Below, one piece after another: positions 59,762 through 64,000 of a stretch of 64,000 nt of DNA; position 1 is the first letter of the stretch, and each line of letters opens with the position of its first letter. The notes under the pieces are model-generated. The model was not told the DNA's origin. It was given only the letters and a program-made list of their open reading frames with translations, and did not search any database. Both the position numbers and the translations under genes were made by a program. The stretch is from an uncultured virus (IMG/VR IMGVR_UViG_3300022689_000310) (taxonomy: Duplodnaviria > Heunggongvirae > Uroviricota > Caudoviricetes): the IMG/VR virus record IMGVR_UViG_3300022689_000310. One strand, written 5' to 3'.

Positions 59762-60604
59762 TTATTTATTTATTAAAATATCTAATAAATAAATGACTGT
59801 ATTACTATCTATAATGGCTATATAATCTAACCAGTATTTTAATTTTAGAGTCTTCTGTATATAGACCTTAAATCCATTATATATATTATCATCATTATCT
59901 GTAGCCCAAAATGTACCCGTTTCTGTAATAATAGCATCTGTAATAGAATTATTTATATTGATATCTGGTATACTATCTGTTACTATATAATCTATTACTT
60001 CTAAATCTCTATTCTTTATCAAATTATTTAATTCTAAATAGTTAAATTCAATACATATTATATTAGAATCTGTATTTGAAAATATACAATGATCTAATCT
60101 GATTGATTTTTTACTAAAATGGGCTTTAAAGATATTATAATAATTTATCTTATCTTCAAGTGTTATATCTCTATCTTTATCTTCATTTAGTATATAACTT
60201 ATTCCTTTTTTAGTTATATCATTCAAATTTTTTATTTCTTTCTCTACTTCTGTATATAATTTAGAATGTATATGAGTTGGATAAAATATTGAATCTAATA
60301 TAGATAATTTATTTAATAAACTTTTTGTTACACTATTTTGATCTTCTACTAACTCTATAGTATCTATATCTCCTTTCTTACTTATCTTTAAAATTGCTGA
60401 ACGGTTATTTACTTTTAATATATTTTTTATTAAATATCTTTCAGCCTCTATATAATTATCAAAAATATAATATGTTAACTTACTATCTAATCTGATATCA
60501 TTAGATATTATCTTTTTTAGTAAAGATATCCAATTTACCTTACAAGAATAACAGTTTAGAATCAATAGATAATATTTATTAATATCGTTATTATTACATT
60601 CCAT
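59762..60604 (-). CDS. Hypothetical protein
   Basis: 280-aa ORF. Confidence 0.6.
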   Translation of the reverse strand: MECNNNDINKYYLLILNCYSCKVNWISLLKKIISNDIRLDSKLTYYIFDNYIEAERYLIKNILKVNNRSAILKISKKGDIDTIELVEDQNSVTKSLLNKLSILDSIFYPTHIHSKLYTEVEKEIKNLNDITKKGISYILNEDKDRDITLEDKINYYNIFKAHFSKKSIRLDHCIFSNTDSNIICIEFNYLELNNLIKNRDLEVIDYIVTDSIPDININNSITDAIITETGTFWATDNDDNIYNGFKVYIQKTLKLKYWLDYIAIIDSNTVIYLLDILINK

Positions 60605-60690
60605 TTTTATTCTACCTATTATTTCTAATATATTTCTTCTTAATGTACTCTTAATCTATATAGTAAGGAGCTCTCCTTTAAGATTTATCA

Positions 60691-61404
60691 TTACTCATTT
60701 AATAAAGCTCTCCACTCATCCTCAATATATATACTCATAATTCCTGATGCTATATTATAATGCATTTGACCAGGATACACTCCACCTCCAGATGGACTAC
60801 CATAATTTAGTATTGGCGTCCCTCCTATTACATGCCATCCACCAGAATAAAATACCCATAATATTTTATATGACGATCCTATCGTTATCCATAATTGCCC
60901 TTCTGTTGCAAATAATGTGTTTGGGGTATTTGTACTTAATGTCATTAGACTATTAATGATATTCTCTGTTCCCCCTGTACCTCCTGCATTATCTACGCAA
61001 TCACATAGAACACTTGGAGGACAATCCCATCCATCATAATTCTCAATACTTGTAATCCTTTCAGAATTAGTAGTTACTATTGCTATAAGATGTGCTATAT
61101 CTCTATCAGGTAGAGACTGTGTCACTACTAATTGAGAATCACTATATCTTAACCATACATATTCTGTGCCTGGAGCTGCTAATCCTACACTTCTAGCTCC
61201 ATCTGTAAAATACCATTCCTCTGTTGGATTATGACAATTCCCTTTTCTTACTCTCCCCCTTGATATATTTATAGATAATAAAGTATCTTGTCCTACTCTA
61301 GGACTATCTGCATAACTTAATATATTATGAACCCATTCTGTATTTGGTACTCTCTCCGAACTATTTCTTAATGGAGGAGTTGAAGTAAATAAACTTGTAG
61401 TCAT
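60691..61404 (-). CDS. Probable virion/tail-associated protein
   Basis: NSSERVPNTEWV resembles tail-fibre T-x-I-A-T-T-x-F-V repeats; GQLW and GQMHY...W repeats; Gly-rich. Confidence 0.55.
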   Translation of the reverse strand: MTTSLFTSTPPLRNSSERVPNTEWVHNILSYADSPRVGQDTLLSINISRGRVRKGNCHNPTEEWYFTDGARSVGLAAPGTEYVWLRYSDSQLVVTQSLPDRDIAHLIAIVTTNSERITSIENYDGWDCPPSVLCDCVDNAGGTGGTENIINSLMTLSTNTPNTLFATEGQLWITIGSSYKILWVFYSGGWHVIGGTPILNYGSPSGGGVYPGQMHYNIASGIMSIYIEDEWRALLNE

Positions 61405-61412
61405 CTTCTTTA

Positions 61413-62375
61413 TTAGAGTTCTTCTCTATTGCTACTATATATTATTTGATTATTATTTAATGTCTTTAGTATTGATAAAAATGACTTTAATCTCTTAGTA
61501 TCTAAACCCAATCCAATTTCATCAATTATTATTAAAGAATCCTTTATCTCATCTTTTATTATCTTATATAAAATATTTAATATTCTTCTCTCTCCATATG
61601 ATAGATCTTCTATAGGAAAGGTTTCATTTCCTTTATTAATTAATATATTCCCCCATCTATCTATACCTTTTATATTTATTGATTCTCCTATAGATTCTCT
61701 TAATACTTTATTTAGTTCTTCTATTCTTTCTTCTTTCCCCTCTATCCATTTTCTTATTTCAATATTTCTTTTTCTATCTTTTATATTATCCATCTCTTCA
61801 TACGAATCTATCTTTAATAATTGAGGTACTCCATTTCTTTCAAACTTTTTATATCCCATTCCTTCTAATGTTTCTATAAAATAATTCGTCCTCATTTGAT
61901 TTATTAAATGATTCCCCTTTGTATATCTAAATACATTATTACATGTTTTTACATTGTTTATATATCCACCTTGGAATAATATAAAGAATCTTTTTTTTGT
62001 CTTATTTAAATTTAACTCCCCTATCTCTTTTTTCCATATATCTCCATCTCCATTATTTATCTTATTTATATTCTTCCATATTTTTCCTATTTCTTTATAT
62101 CTTCTTATCTCTTCTTTACTTAATTCTATCTCTATCTCTACTCTTGTATCTTTCCTTAATATCTCATGAGGATTGAAATATGGCCAATTATAATCATTTA
62201 AAGTTTTACTCTTATATAATGCCATTTCTATAGCTAAACATAGACACTCTAATATCTTTGTTTTACCCCCTCCATTTCCCCCTTTTATAAAAGTACTTTC
62301 TCCATTTAATTCTATTCTTTTTATTTTTATACCTTTATAACTTTTGATTACCAGACTATGCAATTTCAATCTCAC
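61413..62375 (-). CDS. ABC/SMC-type ATPase (AAA_15/AAA_21-like)
   Basis: Walker A GGNGGGKT, signature LSYGE, Walker B IIDE. Confidence 0.85.
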   Translation of the reverse strand: MRLKLHSLVIKSYKGIKIKRIELNGESTFIKGGNGGGKTKILECLCLAIEMALYKSKTLNDYNWPYFNPHEILRKDTRVEIEIELSKEEIRRYKEIGKIWKNINKINNGDGDIWKKEIGELNLNKTKKRFFILFQGGYINNVKTCNNVFRYTKGNHLINQMRTNYFIETLEGMGYKKFERNGVPQLLKIDSYEEMDNIKDRKRNIEIRKWIEGKEERIEELNKVLRESIGESINIKGIDRWGNILINKGNETFPIEDLSYGERRILNILYKIIKDEIKDSLIIIDEIGLGLDTKRLKSFLSILKTLNNNQIIYSSNREEL

Positions 62376-62391
62376 TGCCTCCTTTTTCTTA

Positions 62392-62688
62392 TTACAAATC
62401 TCTAACTAATAATATATATTTATCTAAATCAATATATCTATCTTTATATATCTCCTCTATACTTATTATATTTAATATATAATACTCTTCTCTTTTACAA
62501 TTACTCTTTATTAATTTATATAAATCGTTATCTATTTCCCTTTCATCTATACACTTAATATCTTTAATAAGATCTTTGAATATATTATCATCTACTTTAT
62601 TTATTAACTTTTTATATACTGTGTTTTTATTTCCATTTATAATATTTTGTATTTTATCTATCTCTAGAAATAATATTTTTATCTTCAT
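62392..62688 (-). CDS. Hypothetical protein
   Basis: 98-aa ORF. Confidence 0.5.
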   Translation of the reverse strand: MKIKILFLEIDKIQNIINGNKNTVYKKLINKVDDNIFKDLIKDIKCIDEREIDNDLYKLIKSNCKREEYYILNIISIEEIYKDRYIDLDKYILLVRDL

Positions 62689-63172
62689 TCTCTAATAATT
62701 TCTTATCTATATTGGAAATTAGACTAATATATGTATCGGTATAAATTCTAACTCCTCTAAAATTATTTGTTCTTATATCTAATAACTTTATTCTTTCTTT
62801 ATTCTCTTCATTTTGTTCTGATTTAACAGCATTAGATATCTCTTTATATCCTCTATATCTATTTGTATTTAGATATGTTCCTATATCTATACATTTGAAT
62901 TTATTTCTTATCTCTTCTTTATTCTTATTTATCATTTCTTCCCCTTCTATATAATTTGATAGTATTTTTAAAGGGTAAGTTATTATAAGACTTTGTATTT
63001 TATAACCGGCTGTTATATCTATATTTATCCCTTTTTCTATAGATAAATTTAATAAGTTTTTTGAAAACCTTAACTTCATTTTATTAGTAGGTTTACTATA
63101 TATATTCTTTATTACTAATATAGAATTATAATTAATATCAAACCATTTATTTAATATAAATCTATCATTCAC
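62654..63172 (-). CDS. Hypothetical protein
   Basis: 172-aa ORF. Confidence 0.55.
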   Translation of the reverse strand: MNDRFILNKWFDINYNSILVIKNIYSKPTNKMKLRFSKNLLNLSIEKGINIDITAGYKIQSLIITYPLKILSNYIEGEEMINKNKEEIRNKFKCIDIGTYLNTNRYRGYKEISNAVKSEQNEENKERIKLLDIRTNNFRGVRIYTDTYISLISNIDKKLLENEDKNIISRDR

Positions 63173-63497
63173 TTTTTCCTCTTCCTCTTCTTTTTCTTCT
63201 TTTTCTATTCTCTCTATTCAATTTTGTCCATAAATCTTCAGGTATACCTACATTTTTATCTATAACTTTAATAATTCGTTCATCAATCTTTTTATTTATC
63301 AAAGATAATACTAATAATCTAGGTAAATCTTTATGATTAAAATTTATAGAATAAGCTGTTCCATTATATATTAAATATCTTCTTTTAGAATTATTTCCTA
63401 ATACTCGATAACTATCTTCATCTTCTAAAATTCTATCTGCGATATTCCTAAGATCTATAGGAATATAAGAATCTCTTACTAAAGCTTTATTTTCCAT
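63165..63497 (-). CDS. Hypothetical protein with basic C-terminal tail
   Basis: 110 aa, GAGG RBS, RKRRKRRGRGK tail. Confidence 0.6.
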   Translation of the reverse strand: MENKALVRDSYIPIDLRNIADRILEDEDSYRVLGNNSKRRYLIYNGTAYSINFNHKDLPRLLVLSLINKKIDERIIKVIDKNVGIPEDLWTKLNRENRKRRKRRGRGKSE

Positions 63498-63501
63498 CCT
63501 C

Positions 63502-63825
63502 TTAATTCTCTATTTCTTTTTTACCTTCACTGTATATATATACACTTAATTCTGTATCTTCTTCTAAATTCCATTTATCTATATTTGTTTCTATACTCAT
63601 TACTGTTTGTAATATATCAATATGTTCTTCTTTTACAAGAACTTTTCTTCTACTTTTTATTTCTATTAATGTAGATTCTATTACATCATAATCATAATAC
63701 TTTCCTTTTTCCATTAATCTTTCTTTCACTAAGAAGATTAAATTAAATGGAGTAATACTTAATAATCTTCTTTTCTTGAGATTTTCTTTATATAATAAAT
63801 CTTCTTTACCTAATAGTCCGTCCAT
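63502..63825 (-). CDS. Hypothetical protein
   Basis: 107-aa ORF. Confidence 0.55.
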   Translation of the reverse strand: MDGLLGKEDLLYKENLKKRRLLSITPFNLIFLVKERLMEKGKYYDYDVIESTLIEIKSRRKVLVKEEHIDILQTVMSIETNIDKWNLEEDTELSVYIYSEGKKEIEN

Positions 63826-63840
63826 CTTTCTATTGATCCT

Positions 63841-63999
63841 TTATTCAGTATTTATGTATTTACCTTTACCTTTACAACAATGACAATCCTTTTCTCCTTT
63901 TATAAATCTTAATCCATAACATTTATCACATAACTCCAAACTATGTACTTTTATATTATTACTCATAGTTTTTGTATATATAATCGTACCTAATCCGTT
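63841..63999 (-). CDS. 3' end of a DnaJ-type CxxCxGxG zinc-finger protein (truncated by the window edge; absent from the ORF track)
   Basis: Manual translation: NGLG...LCDKCYGLR...DCHCCKGKGKYINTE*. Confidence 0.65.
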   Translation of the reverse strand, partial: NGLGTIIYTKTMSNNIKVHSLELCDKCYGLRFIKGEKDCHCCKGKGKYINTE

Positions 64000-64000
64000 A

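Noticed and set aside
4687..62169. Short antisense or nested ORFs (e.g. 4687, 6131, 10319, 17612, 19562, 19799, 20768, 26472, 27214, 32144, 41617, 44641, 45525, 49598, 54499, 56019, 60747, 61954)
   Set aside because: Largely or wholly overlap longer genes, with I/L/F/S-rich composition typical of shadow frames in AT-rich DNA
1..64000. Stop-codon reassignment, as seen in some AT-rich jumbo phages
   Set aside because: Standard-code ORFs tile the window densely without fragmentation; TAA, TAG and TGA all terminate genes

Overview
Very AT-rich (by eye roughly 20-25% GC), densely coded segment of a large (jumbo-type) tailed bacteriophage genome using the standard bacterial code. Almost all genes lie on the minus strand; the one convincing plus-strand gene is a tail-fibre-like ORF at 17262-19043. 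Recognisable genes: HNH endonuclease, paired virion/tail proteins, C39-type peptidase (cyanobacterial-style, suggesting a cyanobacterial host by inference), Hint-domain protein, uracil-DNA glycosylase, ParM-like actin, 2H phosphoesterase, patatin phospholipase, rIIA/rIIB-like proteins (rIIA duplicated), dTMP kinase, photolyase-like protein, SelO-like AMPylase and an ABC/SMC-type ATPase. The most unusual items are: (1) two diverged tandem copies of an unrecognised structured non-coding element with compensatory stems at ~885-1630, directly upstream of the HNH gene; (2) an array of five paralogues combining a split Cys4 motif, a variable helical insert and a prokaryotic E2-like (NxxxxGxICWG) domain; (3) a 688-aa polypeptide that seems to fuse both RNA polymerase catalytic barrels (beta-like plus beta-prime-like, DADGD motif); (4) a convergent tail-to-tail pair of tail-fibre-like genes sharing a C-terminal domain. 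No tRNA, rRNA or CRISPR array was seen. All calls come from reading motifs by eye; no database searches were run.
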